Below, piece after piece: positions 29,522 through 39,552 of a DNA stretch of 64,000 bases (positions within the stretch are counted from its first letter, which is position 1; each line of letters begins with the position of its first letter). The DNA lies in assembly GCF_003334405.1 (NCBI RefSeq), contig NZ_QOWM01000018.1, one strand, 5' to 3'. A model generated the notes under the pieces. The model was given only the letters and a program-made list of their open reading frames with translations. It was not told the DNA's origin and made no database searches. The DNA comes from Escherichia coli (lineage in GTDB: Bacteria > Pseudomonadota > Gammaproteobacteria > Enterobacterales > Enterobacteriaceae). Position numbers and translations under genes: made by a program.

Positions 29522-29809
29522 AGCCCCTCCATTGCCTTACGGCGGTTATCGGGCTACTATAATGTTGTCTAGGCATTACAGTAGAGCCCTTGGTTGATTG
29601 ATAAAAAAATCTCCAGGGGCTTTCTGCTGTATACCGTCCACAAAACGCTTTCGGCATACAGCCTCAAGCGCCCGCAGCTATTCTAACGACTTTCGTATCT
29701 GCAACAATCCTTTTATCGCACGGCTAATTCCTCTGGTTAGCTCTTATCGCCTGCAAATAAATTTTTAACCTTTCCGTTTGATTTAAATTCCAGAAATGGA
29801 GACTTTGTC

Positions 29810-31018
29810 ATGTCTTACAATCGACAGCCTGTCGCAGAAGATCCTATGCAGATATGGGGCGCTGTTGGTGTCCTTCTTATCCTGCTGCTATTCGTCATAT
29901 GGTTATTCTTGCCGGAAGTGGTTTACGCCAGCTGCCTGATTCTTCATACCTTATGGGGACTGGTAGACTGGGGACCATTTCATAACTATGCAGCACCACG
30001 ATACAACCTGCTTGCCATGACCGGTAACAACGCCGCCCACATAAGCTATAGCCAGTGGGTTAACGTCATGGAGCAGACCATAGGTATTCTGTGGATGTAC
30101 CTCTTACCTGTGACACTCTGGTGTTTGTGGGAGTGGTATCAACATCCGGGACAAAGCCGTTTCACCCGCAGACCAGTAGATATTACCCGACTGCCACACA
30201 TCTTTGCTTCGTTGTCCCCTGCTATCGCCCCTGTACTGGCAGATGGTGATCCGGAAAAACTCTTTCATGGTGGCAAACGACCTGAACGGCGGGTTGCTCT
30301 CACCCCGGAAGCATTTGTCGAACAGCATACTCTCATCACCAATATGCAGCTCGATGTTGCAGCTGCAAGACGATGTTTCATGGCTCAGTTGGGTAAACCT
30401 TTAACGTCCTGGAAAGACATGGCACCACATGAAAAAGCGCTCTTTGCCATATTTGGCCTTCAGTATTTCCTGGATGATCGTAAGGCAGCATTAAAGCTCA
30501 TGGATACACTGAACCTCTCATGCAGAATTAAAAGCAAACGAGACAGCGGGAAATTCTGTACCCCTGTTTATTCACTGGCCAAATCAGCTTTCCAGAGAGT
30601 GATTAAAAGCAACGGAGCACAGCAATGGCTGAAACAACATCGCTACGTCCGCAGTGGGCTGGTCTGGCTGTATGCACATGACCTGCGGCTTACGCCACCC
30701 AACTGGATTTGGCTGAAAGGCGTGGACAGAACGCTGTTTTATGCATTACACCGCGCCAATACCACGAAAGGATTTATTGAAGGCGCTGGCGTGGTGGCCG
30801 TTGCACGTGCAGAGGCCGAAGCCATGCGTTTTGGCCTTCCCTGCCCTGAACCCTGTGTTGATGAAGCGGTGGAAGGCTTACGGCGGGATATGCTCAGTCT
30901 CGGTCTTATCTGGGATGAACCACAACCAGATCGCGACCGGAAACGCCGCATCCTGACCAACTGGTCCCTCACCGACGACATCCTGCCCCGTACACCTGCT
31001 ACAGACAACGAATTCTGA
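29810..31018 (+). CDS. trbA: conjugal transfer membrane protein (DotM-like position)
   Basis: 402 aa with N-terminal TM helices; first gene of trbABC; name by position. Confidence 0.6.
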   Translation: MSYNRQPVAEDPMQIWGAVGVLLILLLFVIWLFLPEVVYASCLILHTLWGLVDWGPFHNYAAPRYNLLAMTGNNAAHISYSQWVNVMEQTIGILWMYLLPVTLWCLWEWYQHPGQSRFTRRPVDITRLPHIFASLSPAIAPVLADGDPEKLFHGGKRPERRVALTPEAFVEQHTLITNMQLDVAAARRCFMAQLGKPLTSWKDMAPHEKALFAIFGLQYFLDDRKAALKLMDTLNLSCRIKSKRDSGKFCTPVYSLAKSAFQRVIKSNGAQQWLKQHRYVRSGLVWLYAHDLRLTPPNWIWLKGVDRTLFYALHRANTTKGFIEGAGVVAVARAEAEAMRFGLPCPEPCVDEAVEGLRRDMLSLGLIWDEPQPDRDRKRRILTNWSLTDDILPRTPATDNEF

Positions 31019-31036
31019 TTATCCGGAGAACTGAAA

Positions 31037-32107
31037 ATGACAATCGAGTACTTTGCAACACGCATTGCAAAACATATTTCCGTGCAGGCAATCTGGCCGG
31101 ATGGCAGGACAGAAATTATTGCCGTCCTTCCACGGGATGCCCTGTCAGGGCTGGTAACACGAAATAATCAACTGATTCATATAGCCTTTGACGCCATGGG
31201 CACCCGTAACAGAGAAACCGTCCTGATTGATAAACAGGAGCATAACGCTGACCAGATACTTACAGCTATTGATTCCTGCCTGCGTCTTGAATACCTGATG
31301 GAACGCCGCTTCAGCAGAACACCTTTGTTCCGTGGCATAATCGCCAGCGTTGTGCTGTTCGTAATGGCAACGATTGGCTTCTCTCTGTTCCGCTATGTTG
31401 ATCGTGTATTCTGGGATGATACAACGCCTGAAGCAGTACAGACAGCAGCTGAGCCACGACTGCTTCCCCCTCACCTGAATCACACTGTGCCATTAAATGA
31501 AGGCATTCAACTCCCGGTTCCCCCGAAAAAAGACGTCCAGGTACCGGAGAAAACAATCACAAGCAAAAATCCGGAAGCCGCAGCTGCGCGACATAATCTG
31601 GCTACTGTTCTGAAGCGGAACGCCGATCGGGGCATGTTTACCATCAACCTGTCATCCGGTCATGAACGAACCCTGTACGCATTTCTCGATCCTGCCTGTC
31701 CTAACTGCAGACTTCTGGAGCCGGCCTTAAAACGCCTGGCCAGCGACTTCAATGTCGTTATCTACCCGGTTTCAGTTATTGGTGGAGAGGAATCCACCGA
31801 CCGTGTGGCACCACTGCTGTGTGAAAAAGATGCTCAGAAACGTGCTGCCGGCTGGCACCGACTGTATTCCGCAGATAACGGAATGATGACGCCATCAGAA
31901 GAAACAACGCCTGCAGATGAAACATGCCTGAAAGCGGCCAGAGCTGCAATTGATGTAAACAATGTCGCCTTCCGTAAGTTCGGATTTGCCGGTACCCCAT
32001 GGGTGCTGTCCGACACCGGCTGGCATCTGCCTACAGGAATTCTGCAGGAAACTGGCACGCTTAATTTATTCCTGAAAACCACCGACAGCGAGTCTGGCCA
32101 TGAGTGA
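31037..32107 (+). CDS. trbB: thioredoxin-fold protein (disulfide isomerase-like) of transfer system
   Basis: TM anchor plus CxxC motif DPACPNCRLL. Confidence 0.65.
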   Translation: MTIEYFATRIAKHISVQAIWPDGRTEIIAVLPRDALSGLVTRNNQLIHIAFDAMGTRNRETVLIDKQEHNADQILTAIDSCLRLEYLMERRFSRTPLFRGIIASVVLFVMATIGFSLFRYVDRVFWDDTTPEAVQTAAEPRLLPPHLNHTVPLNEGIQLPVPPKKDVQVPEKTITSKNPEAAAARHNLATVLKRNADRGMFTINLSSGHERTLYAFLDPACPNCRLLEPALKRLASDFNVVIYPVSVIGGEESTDRVAPLLCEKDAQKRAAGWHRLYSADNGMMTPSEETTPADETCLKAARAAIDVNNVAFRKFGFAGTPWVLSDTGWHLPTGILQETGTLNLFLKTTDSESGHE

Positions 32108-34391
32108 ACATCGCGTTAACCCCGAGCTTTTACACCGTACAGCCTGGGGAAATCCTGTCTGGAATGCACTCCAGAGTCTCAATATCTATGGCTTTTGCCT
32201 GGTGGCAAGTCTTGTGGCCAGTTTTATCTGGCCACTTGCATTACCGGCATGTCTGTTGTTCACACTGATAACAATGCTGGTATTTAGTCTGCAGCGATGG
32301 CGCTGCCCTCTTCGTATGCCCATGACGCTGGAATGTGCTGATCCGTCACAGGACAGAATGATTAAAAGAAGTCTTTTCAGCTTCTGGCCAACCCTGTTCC
32401 AGTATGAGGTCATTCTGGAATCACCGGCCAGCGGCATATTCTATGTTGGTTATCAACGCGTCAGGGATATTGGCAGGGAGTTATGGCTGAGTATGGACGA
32501 TCTGACCCGCCATATAATGTTTTTCGCCACCACCGGTGGCGGTAAAACGGAAACCATCTTTGCCTGGGCGATTAACCCACTTTGCTGGGCAAGAGGATTC
32601 ACCCTTGTCGATGGCAAGGCACAGAATGATACGGCAAGAACGATCTGGTATCTGGCCAGACGCTTTGGACGTGAAGACGATGTGGAAGTCATTAACTTCA
32701 TGAACGGAGGAAAATCCCGCAGTGAAATCATTCTGAGTGGTGAAAAAACGCGTCCTCAGTCAAATACCTGGAATCCCTTCTGTTACAGCACTGAGGCATT
32801 CACAGCGGAGACAATGCAGTCAATGCTGCCCCAGAACGTCCAGGGGGGCGAGTGGCAGTCCCGGGCCATTGCCATGAACAAGGCACTGGTATTTGGTACT
32901 AAATTCTGGTGTGTGCGCGAAGGCAAAACAATGTCGCTGCAGATGCTCCGTGAACATATGACTCTCGAAGGAATGGCCAAACTTTACTGTCGTGGCCTCG
33001 ATGATCAGTGGCCGGAAGAAGCTATCGCACCGTTACGTAACTACCTTCAGGACGTTCCCGGCTTCGACCTGTCGCTGGTCAGGACACCATCAGCCTGGAC
33101 GGAAGAACCCAGAAAACAACATGCTTATCTCTCCGGGCAGTTTTCTGAAACTTTCAGCACATTCACGGAAGCATTCGGAGATATTTTTGCTGAAGATTCC
33201 GGTGATATCGATATCCGTGACAGCATTCACAGCGACAGGATTCTGATGGTAATGATCCCCGCTCTGGATACATCAGCGCATACAACGTCTGCTCTTGGAC
33301 GAATGTTTATCACCCAGAAAAGTATGATTCTCGCCCGTGATTTGGGCTATCGCCTCGAAGGAACTGATTCCGATGCACTGGAAGTCAAAAAATATAAGGG
33401 GCGTTTCCCTTATCTGTGTTTCCTTGATGAAGTGGGGGCATACTATACGGACCGTATTGCTGTGGAAGCCACTCAGGTGCGTTCACTGGATTTTGCTCTG
33501 ATTTTGATGGCACAGGACCAGGAACGTATAGAAGGACAGACAACAGCCACGAATACGGCAACACTGATGCAGAACACGGGGACAAAATTTGCCGGCAGGA
33601 TTGTCAGCGAGGGCAGTACGGCCAGAACGCTGAAAAGCGCCGCCGGTGAAGAAGCCAGGGCGAGGATGAACAACCTGCAGCGTCAGGACGGCATATTTGG
33701 TGAATCATGGATTGACAGCCCACAAATCAGCATCCTGATGGAAAGTAAGATAGATGTTCAGGAGTTGATTGAACTTCATCCTGGCGAGTTCTTTTCTATT
33801 TTCCGGGGAGAAACCGTACCATCAGCATCATTCTTCATCCCTGACAATGAGAAAAGCTGCAGTAGCGATCCCGTTGTTATAAACAGGTATATCAGCGTGG
33901 ATGTACCTCGCCTGGACCGTCTCCGCCGTCTGGTTCCCCGTACAGCTCAACGTCGAATCCCGTCACCGGAAAATGTCAGTGCCATCATTGGCGTCCTGAC
34001 TGCAAAACCCTCCAGAAAAAGACGAAAAATTCGCACAGAGCCGCACACGATCGTGGATACATTCCAGCAACGCATTGCAGGACGTCAGGCGGCTATGGCA
34101 ATGCTGGAAGAGTACGACACGGATATCAACGCACGTGAAAGTGCCTTGTGGGAAACAGCGGTGAATACGCTTAAAACGACCACACGGGAAGAGCGACGAA
34201 TTCGCTATATCACGCTGAACAGGCCAGAACTACCTGAAACAAAAGAGGAAAATCAGATATCAGTGAGAGCAGAAAGAGCAGGTATAAACCTGTTAACGCT
34301 TCCACAGGACAATACCCCCCCGACAGGGCGTCCTGTAAACGGGTTTCATCATAAAAAAACCAACCGTCCGGACTGGGACGGAATGTACTGA
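32100..34391 (+). CDS. trbC: type IV coupling-protein-like ATPase (DotL-like)
   Basis: N-terminal TM helices, Walker A FFATTGGGKTE. Confidence 0.7.
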   Translation: MSEHRVNPELLHRTAWGNPVWNALQSLNIYGFCLVASLVASFIWPLALPACLLFTLITMLVFSLQRWRCPLRMPMTLECADPSQDRMIKRSLFSFWPTLFQYEVILESPASGIFYVGYQRVRDIGRELWLSMDDLTRHIMFFATTGGGKTETIFAWAINPLCWARGFTLVDGKAQNDTARTIWYLARRFGREDDVEVINFMNGGKSRSEIILSGEKTRPQSNTWNPFCYSTEAFTAETMQSMLPQNVQGGEWQSRAIAMNKALVFGTKFWCVREGKTMSLQMLREHMTLEGMAKLYCRGLDDQWPEEAIAPLRNYLQDVPGFDLSLVRTPSAWTEEPRKQHAYLSGQFSETFSTFTEAFGDIFAEDSGDIDIRDSIHSDRILMVMIPALDTSAHTTSALGRMFITQKSMILARDLGYRLEGTDSDALEVKKYKGRFPYLCFLDEVGAYYTDRIAVEATQVRSLDFALILMAQDQERIEGQTTATNTATLMQNTGTKFAGRIVSEGSTARTLKSAAGEEARARMNNLQRQDGIFGESWIDSPQISILMESKIDVQELIELHPGEFFSIFRGETVPSASFFIPDNEKSCSSDPVVINRYISVDVPRLDRLRRLVPRTAQRRIPSPENVSAIIGVLTAKPSRKRRKIRTEPHTIVDTFQQRIAGRQAAMAMLEEYDTDINARESALWETAVNTLKTTTREERRIRYITLNRPELPETKEENQISVRAERAGINLLTLPQDNTPPTGRPVNGFHHKKTNRPDWDGMY

Positions 34392-34396
34392 ACATA

Positions 34397-34429
34397 GGCC
34401 GCGCCGGATTCTGGCGCGGCCTTTTTTTT
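34397..34429. terminator. bidirectional terminator between convergent trbC and nikB
   Basis: AGGCCGCGCC-loop-GGCGCGGCCT hairpin followed by T8. Confidence 0.6.
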
Positions 34430-37127
34430 AACCTGGAGAAGGCGGTTCCCAGCGTTTATCCTGCTCCGGCGGAGGCAGTGATGCGTCATCGTTGCTGTTC
34501 GCCGCGATATAATCGCGGTAGTAGCGTTCACTTCCTTCACGGTGATGATCCACGTCCGGTCGCGTAATCCTGTAGTCTTCGTGACCGGTACGGCCTGTCA
34601 CATTATGCCAGGCAACCATTTCAGCAAAGACCTGGTTAAATTGTTTGTCGTTTCCTTCTGGTTCAAAACCCATGCGTGGATCACGCCCGAATAATACCGG
34701 TGCAATCAAATCCAGTTTATCTGCCAGCGCATTGCGGTCATGGTGATTACGGAAAACAACCCTGTCACCATAATCCGTACAGACAAACTCTCCCGTCCGA
34801 CGGTCACGGAAACGAACACTCCCGTTCTTCTGCAGACGGGCCTCGAGATCACCGGTATTACCGTATACCGGCGTTCCGCCCGGTTCACAAAGCACGACAC
34901 AGCGGTCTGTCGTCGTTGTGCGTGACTTGTCTTTACGGCGATCGCGATAATCCCAGCCTCTCAGCTGCGATACAGCAGCCCTGTCTCCCTGAGCAGCCTG
35001 AATTTCGACCCACTGACGGTAAGAGGGTGGATACCACTTCCCGTCAGCAATAAGTTTCTGTCGCTCATCCCTGATGTCTTCTTTCAGTCTGATCAATGCC
35101 TGCATTCGCTGAACTTCTGCAATGTGATAATGCAGCTTACGTAATGCCGGATCATCGTACTGCGCACGAATGTGTGACTTCCGCAGACGGCATGCCTGAT
35201 GAATTTCCCGACAACGTTCCCCATAACGCAGATCCGGTTTACGCCATTGTTCACGCCATGCCAGATAGCGGGCACGCAGGTCAGCACGGGCCTCAGCCCT
35301 GGCTTCACGTCGCTGCCGGCGCAGCATTGGATCACGTTTACTGCTGACCCCGTACCTGTCACTGACAGCCAGCTCCGGGTTATAGCGATTTTCAGGTTGC
35401 ACCCTGTCAAACAAATCTGCTGGGGCACTCACAAAAGGTCCGGCCTGTGGCTCCGCACGCCCCAGTGTCAGATCAGGATGAATGCTGCTGGCTTTCACCG
35501 GCGTTTGCTCATGATTAAAGGCATCAACGACAACAAGCCCGTGATGTTGTTTCTGTAGCATCAGTCCCTGTTGTGCAAACAGCTCATGACAACGCTGCCA
35601 GGTAAACTCACCCTGTGTGATCATTTCTTCAATCTGAGGGCTACAATGGCTGATGCTGTATCCCCACAGACTTTCTTTGTCAGAAAACAGTTCGCGTTTG
35701 ATAGCCCCCTGCGGCCCCGTACCTGTACGCATACGGTGCCATTCTTTATCGGTCGCAGGACAGCTCTCCATACGACGACCACGGAAGCGTTCTGTTGGCG
35801 TAACCTGGCGAAAAATATCTGTTGGTACAGGCTGCCAGCCACCATCGAGTTGATTCACATTGTCGAGCGTCAGCAGTGACCATACGCTGTCAGCACGAAC
35901 GGGAGTCTGGTTATGATCATAACCGTCACAGATAACCAGGTGACCATGCTGAACACGCATCCATAATCCCGCTTCAGCCAGTGTGCGGTGAATAGCCTGG
36001 CAGTTTTCCAGCCGTCCTTCCCGTGCCATTTCCGGCAGACGTTCTCCAAGATGACGACAGGCATACTGCTGCAGACTTTCTGTTTCAGCGATTTTTTCCG
36101 GGCGAACATCAGCTGCAATGAAGTCCGGATTATAGCGTCCTGGTGCTTCCACCTGGCTGAAAATGTCTTTTGGTACTGGCGTGTAGTCACCCATTTTTTT
36201 CATGAGTTTTTCTGCACACCAGGAAGGGCCAAACGAGTCAAGCTGTACACCTTCCCTGTTGCGATCCCAGCCATCCATCACCAGAAATTTTCCGTCCATC
36301 TGAGACAGGTACAGACCATCTTCAGCAAGACGACGATGCAGGGATAACCAGTCATGTACAGGTTCACTGCGTAAACCAGCTACCGCTGTCTGCGCAACAT
36401 ACTCGCGAAAAGTTTGTTTTCTCCCGCGTGTCCACGCGTTCTGGCGATCACGTTCAACGGCGGTTTTGCGAACGATACGATTTCCCGGTGCATGGACCCA
36501 GCAACCGTTATCCGGAGCAAAACCATGCTTCAGTTCAAGCTCACGGCAGGCACGACTGAGTTTTTCCTGACTCCAGGATAACCGGTTCAGATAACCCGTT
36601 TCAGGGTGTACCCGGTTAACAGCCACATGGGCGTGCAGATTATCTGTATCAGTATGCACGGCAGAGACATACTGATGGTCGGCAAGGCCGAGTGATTTCA
36701 GCGTATGACGTACACTGTCATAAATCTGTTCCGGACGCGGGCTTTCATGTGACTGCCAGGAAAGGATGTAGTGAAAAACAGGATCAGTGTCATCTTTTGC
36801 ATAGTGTGCCTGCCGGGCAATGTACTCCATATCTGCAGCGGCAGTTTCAAGAGAAGTACAGTTATGAAAGCAGGTGACACCATAAAAGTTGACCCATTCG
36901 CAGCCGTCCTTCATGACATCAACCAGCGCCACGAATGACTCATTTCGAAGACGTGTCGCATAATCAACAAGGCGACTGAAACGGCTTCGGTGCGGTTGTT
37001 CAGCCTGCGAAGAAGAAGATAAATCCAGTTCCTCATCGGTCATGTCATCCCGGACAGAGACGTAGGATACCAGGTCTTCGAACGAAGACTTGCCGTCCCT
37101 TCTCTTTTTCGGAATGACTGCATTCAC
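34428..37127 (-). CDS. nikB: oriT relaxase NikB (MOBP family)
   Basis: 899 aa; histidine motif HTDTDNLHAHVAVNRVHPETG; adjacent to nikA and oriT. Confidence 0.85.
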   Translation of the reverse strand: MNAVIPKKRRDGKSSFEDLVSYVSVRDDMTDEELDLSSSSQAEQPHRSRFSRLVDYATRLRNESFVALVDVMKDGCEWVNFYGVTCFHNCTSLETAAADMEYIARQAHYAKDDTDPVFHYILSWQSHESPRPEQIYDSVRHTLKSLGLADHQYVSAVHTDTDNLHAHVAVNRVHPETGYLNRLSWSQEKLSRACRELELKHGFAPDNGCWVHAPGNRIVRKTAVERDRQNAWTRGRKQTFREYVAQTAVAGLRSEPVHDWLSLHRRLAEDGLYLSQMDGKFLVMDGWDRNREGVQLDSFGPSWCAEKLMKKMGDYTPVPKDIFSQVEAPGRYNPDFIAADVRPEKIAETESLQQYACRHLGERLPEMAREGRLENCQAIHRTLAEAGLWMRVQHGHLVICDGYDHNQTPVRADSVWSLLTLDNVNQLDGGWQPVPTDIFRQVTPTERFRGRRMESCPATDKEWHRMRTGTGPQGAIKRELFSDKESLWGYSISHCSPQIEEMITQGEFTWQRCHELFAQQGLMLQKQHHGLVVVDAFNHEQTPVKASSIHPDLTLGRAEPQAGPFVSAPADLFDRVQPENRYNPELAVSDRYGVSSKRDPMLRRQRREARAEARADLRARYLAWREQWRKPDLRYGERCREIHQACRLRKSHIRAQYDDPALRKLHYHIAEVQRMQALIRLKEDIRDERQKLIADGKWYPPSYRQWVEIQAAQGDRAAVSQLRGWDYRDRRKDKSRTTTTDRCVVLCEPGGTPVYGNTGDLEARLQKNGSVRFRDRRTGEFVCTDYGDRVVFRNHHDRNALADKLDLIAPVLFGRDPRMGFEPEGNDKQFNQVFAEMVAWHNVTGRTGHEDYRITRPDVDHHREGSERYYRDYIAANSNDDASLPPPEQDKRWEPPSPG

Positions 37128-37137
37128 CGGAGAATCC

Positions 37138-37470
37138 TCAACCTTCCATTAACTGTTTACGCAATGTATTTGTAAGTTCGGTTATGGCAACAAGCACTTC
37201 TGCGTATTCCTTGTCACCGGTTCTTTTTCCCTGAACAAACAGATGCTTCTGCATCCTTCCCAGTCTCATTAACTCCTTCAGAAAAGCATCATCTGTACGG
37301 GAGTTAATTCGCTTATTCAGTGCTGCATTTCGGATGTAAGCAGATACAGTAAGTCCGGAATCTTCAGCTTTTTTCCTGATGGTTTCATCCTCAACAGGAG
37401 AGAATCTGAGTGTCCTGACAACTGTCTTTTGCCGTACCTCACTTTTCTTTCTTACCGCACTATCACTCAC
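37138..37470 (-). CDS. nikA: relaxosome accessory protein NikA (ribbon-helix-helix)
   Basis: 110 aa from GTG 37470 with AAGGAG RBS; sequence VSDSAVRKKSEVRQKTVVRTLRFSPVEDE. Confidence 0.8.
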   Translation of the reverse strand: MSDSAVRKKSEVRQKTVVRTLRFSPVEDETIRKKAEDSGLTVSAYIRNAALNKRINSRTDDAFLKELMRLGRMQKHLFVQGKRTGDKEYAEVLVAITELTNTLRKQLMEG

Positions 37471-37509
37471 TTCAGGCTCCTTACGGGGTGTCGGGGCGAA
37501 GCCCTGACC

Positions 37510-37570
37510 AGATGGCAATTGTAATAGCGTCGCGTGTGACGGTATTACAATTGCACATCCTGTCCCGTTT
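37510..37570 (+). promoter_or_regulatory. oriT: origin of transfer oriT: inverted repeat 37516-37526/37543-37553 and nick-region motif CACATCCTGT at 37554-37563
   Basis: CAATTGTAATA-N16-TATTACAATTG followed by ATCCTG, directly upstream of nikA. Confidence 0.7.
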
Positions 37571-37703
37571 TTCAGGCCATTATAGCCTGTTATTTTTGTG
37601 CATCATAGTCTTATGCAGACGGCAGAGGCAGGGCGCAGCCCTGCCAGGAGGCAGTTTTTGATGATAAAATCAGACTTCAACATGAAACGGAGAGAAAGTG
37701 CCA

Positions 37704-38039
37704 ATGGCTTCTAAAAAATTTTACTCAGATGATGACATCCAGCTGGCAAAAGCTGCCTTATCGGAATTGCCGGACCTCACCGCTCAACGGAAAACATTGC
37801 GTGATTTTCTTGATGCCATTCGTGATGACATCATTGTCCTGGTAAGGACAAAGGGTTATACACTGGCAGATGTTCGTGACACGCTCAAAAATGCAGGGTA
37901 TGAAGTAGGAGAGAAGGCACTTCGTGACATTATTCGGGAAGCAGAATCGAAAAAACCATCCCGCCGTTCTTCCTCTAAAACAGCACCTAAAAAGACAGAT
38001 TCAGCCAGGAAAGATGGCATCGATATGAACAACAATTGA
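37704..38039 (+). CDS. hypothetical protein with Lys/Arg-rich C-terminus
   Basis: 111 aa from ATG 37704, GGAGAG RBS; palindrome TGTGACAATGTCACA right after stop. Confidence 0.45.
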   Translation: MASKKFYSDDDIQLAKAALSELPDLTAQRKTLRDFLDAIRDDIIVLVRTKGYTLADVRDTLKNAGYEVGEKALRDIIREAESKKPSRRSSSKTAPKKTDSARKDGIDMNNN

Positions 38040-38082
38040 TGTGACAATGTCACATCATGTTCTGAGATTATGATGATTACAG

Positions 38083-38122
38083 AAAAAAAAGCCCCGGTAT
38101 AAATACCAGGGCTTTTCTGTTT
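38083..38122. terminator. bidirectional terminator-like hairpin
   Basis: A8-GCCCCGGTAT-loop-ATACCAGGGC-TTTTCTGTTT. Confidence 0.5.
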
Positions 38123-38124
38123 AA

Positions 38125-38973
38125 TCAGACTCGTGGCGGCAATGAACCAGGATAATGCCGTGCAATAATATCATTCAGTTTTTCAACAAGGTCAGGACGC
38201 TTAAAGACAATGTGTACGGTCCCTTTCTGGTAGCCACGCACCGTAAAATATTCCCCTTCTAACAGCTTACCGACATTGTCGCCGTTCCCGAGAAATTCAC
38301 CATACTGCGCCCCGATGCTGCTCCGGAAGTCAGGAACGTTGCGCCCCTCCAGCAGATAAAACGGACGTACCAGGTCATCCAGTGCCTCTCGTCCGCTGCA
38401 GTCCAGCGTCACACGCCCGTTACTCCAGCGGTACAGCAGGTTTTCAATAATGATTTTCTTGCCCAGACGGCATGGATTGTTGGTTCTGTAATCCCATGAC
38501 AGTTTCCTGTAGACATCAATCAGTCCCTGTTCAAATGTCTGCATCTTACTGGCATTCAGATGGCGAAAAGTTGCCAGCACATTGTCCAGGGTGATTTCAG
38601 GACAGGTGTCGCTCATCAGCTGGCTGTTCCACTCATCACGCTGGCATGAACTCATGAAGGTGTACATCCCCGTATCCGTCATCAGGCGGTCCCAGATTTT
38701 ACGGTCGGCAAGACGGGTGATATTCCTTTTCACTTCTTCCGGTTTATCCATGCACCGAATGGAGTCGGTCACGCAGTCTTCAAAACCGTAAAGAAAAATA
38801 TCACCTGACGCATCAAGCAGAATCCTGCGCGCTGTCGCCAGGCATTCCATCGCCTGCATGAACAGTGCAATACCTTCGTTACGCTGCGCGATGATGCGGT
38901 CGATGGCCACAGACGGAATAACATCTGTCGTGCCGGCAGTATTCAGGTCAGCAGTGGGTAAAGTCTGATTCAT
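38125..38973 (-). CDS. hypothetical leading-region protein (oriT-proximal, first minus-strand gene to enter the recipient)
   Basis: 282 aa from ATG 38973 with GAGGAGA RBS; no motif recognised. Confidence 0.6.
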   Translation of the reverse strand: MNQTLPTADLNTAGTTDVIPSVAIDRIIAQRNEGIALFMQAMECLATARRILLDASGDIFLYGFEDCVTDSIRCMDKPEEVKRNITRLADRKIWDRLMTDTGMYTFMSSCQRDEWNSQLMSDTCPEITLDNVLATFRHLNASKMQTFEQGLIDVYRKLSWDYRTNNPCRLGKKIIIENLLYRWSNGRVTLDCSGREALDDLVRPFYLLEGRNVPDFRSSIGAQYGEFLGNGDNVGKLLEGEYFTVRGYQKGTVHIVFKRPDLVEKLNDIIARHYPGSLPPRV

Positions 38974-39014
38974 CACATTGTCTCCTCATCGTCACGACTG
39001 CCGGGTCAGCCAGG

Positions 39015-39330
39015 TCATCTCCCGGAGGAGCGAAGCTCCTTCTGCCGTCCGGGTCTTCGGGGATTTCCCCGCAGTGGACCTTTCCGACGGGGGACGCTCA
39101 CCACGTCACGGGGCAGTTGTCCGGGGGCAGACGCAAAAGTTTTTGACGCCTGCGGCAAAAAGTTTTGTGGCTGGTACATCTCTCCCCTGGATGACTGAAA
39201 CGGGATGTGGTCGTGTATGTACCCCCGGAAAGTCCGTCTGCGGAGAACGGGCCGCAGGGCGGCGGCAGGCAGGCAGAGAGAACTGCGCCATCAGGCGCAG
39301 TGGCCTTACACACCGTAAGGTGTGCAGGGA
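39015..39330. promoter_or_regulatory. structured repeat family 1, copy A (Frpo/ssi-like single-strand promoter candidate), truncated
   Basis: aligns with 41880-42375 and 48225-48728; lies 5' of the minus-strand gene 38125-38973. Confidence 0.55.
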
Positions 39331-39450
39331 GCGCCGCATCCGGCGCGACCGGAGAAAACCGACGGCACAACAACGGCATGCGGTGGTCACTGGTACACCA
39401 CTCCCGCACAGGTGAAAACAGAGAAAACCGCACGACATCTACAACTAAAA

Positions 39451-39552
39451 AAAGTGAAATTTCTTCACTTTTTTACACTTATTTATTGCGTTGATTTGGT
39501 GATTGTGATGATAAAATAAAGTGAAGTTTTTTCACTTTTTCAAAGGTGTTTT
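39451..39552 (+). promoter_or_regulatory. promoter flanked by two palindromic operators AAAGTGAA-N6-TTCACTTT
   Basis: palindromes at 39451-39471 and 39518-39540; -35 TTGATT 39491-39496. Confidence 0.5.

Noticed and set aside
38978-39438. Listed ORFs inside repeat family 1 (38978-39415, 39098-39433, 39106-39438 and their equivalents in the other two copies, 41852-42418 and 48154-48804)
   Set aside because: They overlap each other on both strands, lack RBS, and the copies are conserved at nucleotide level independent of frame; they are artefacts of GC-rich structured DNA
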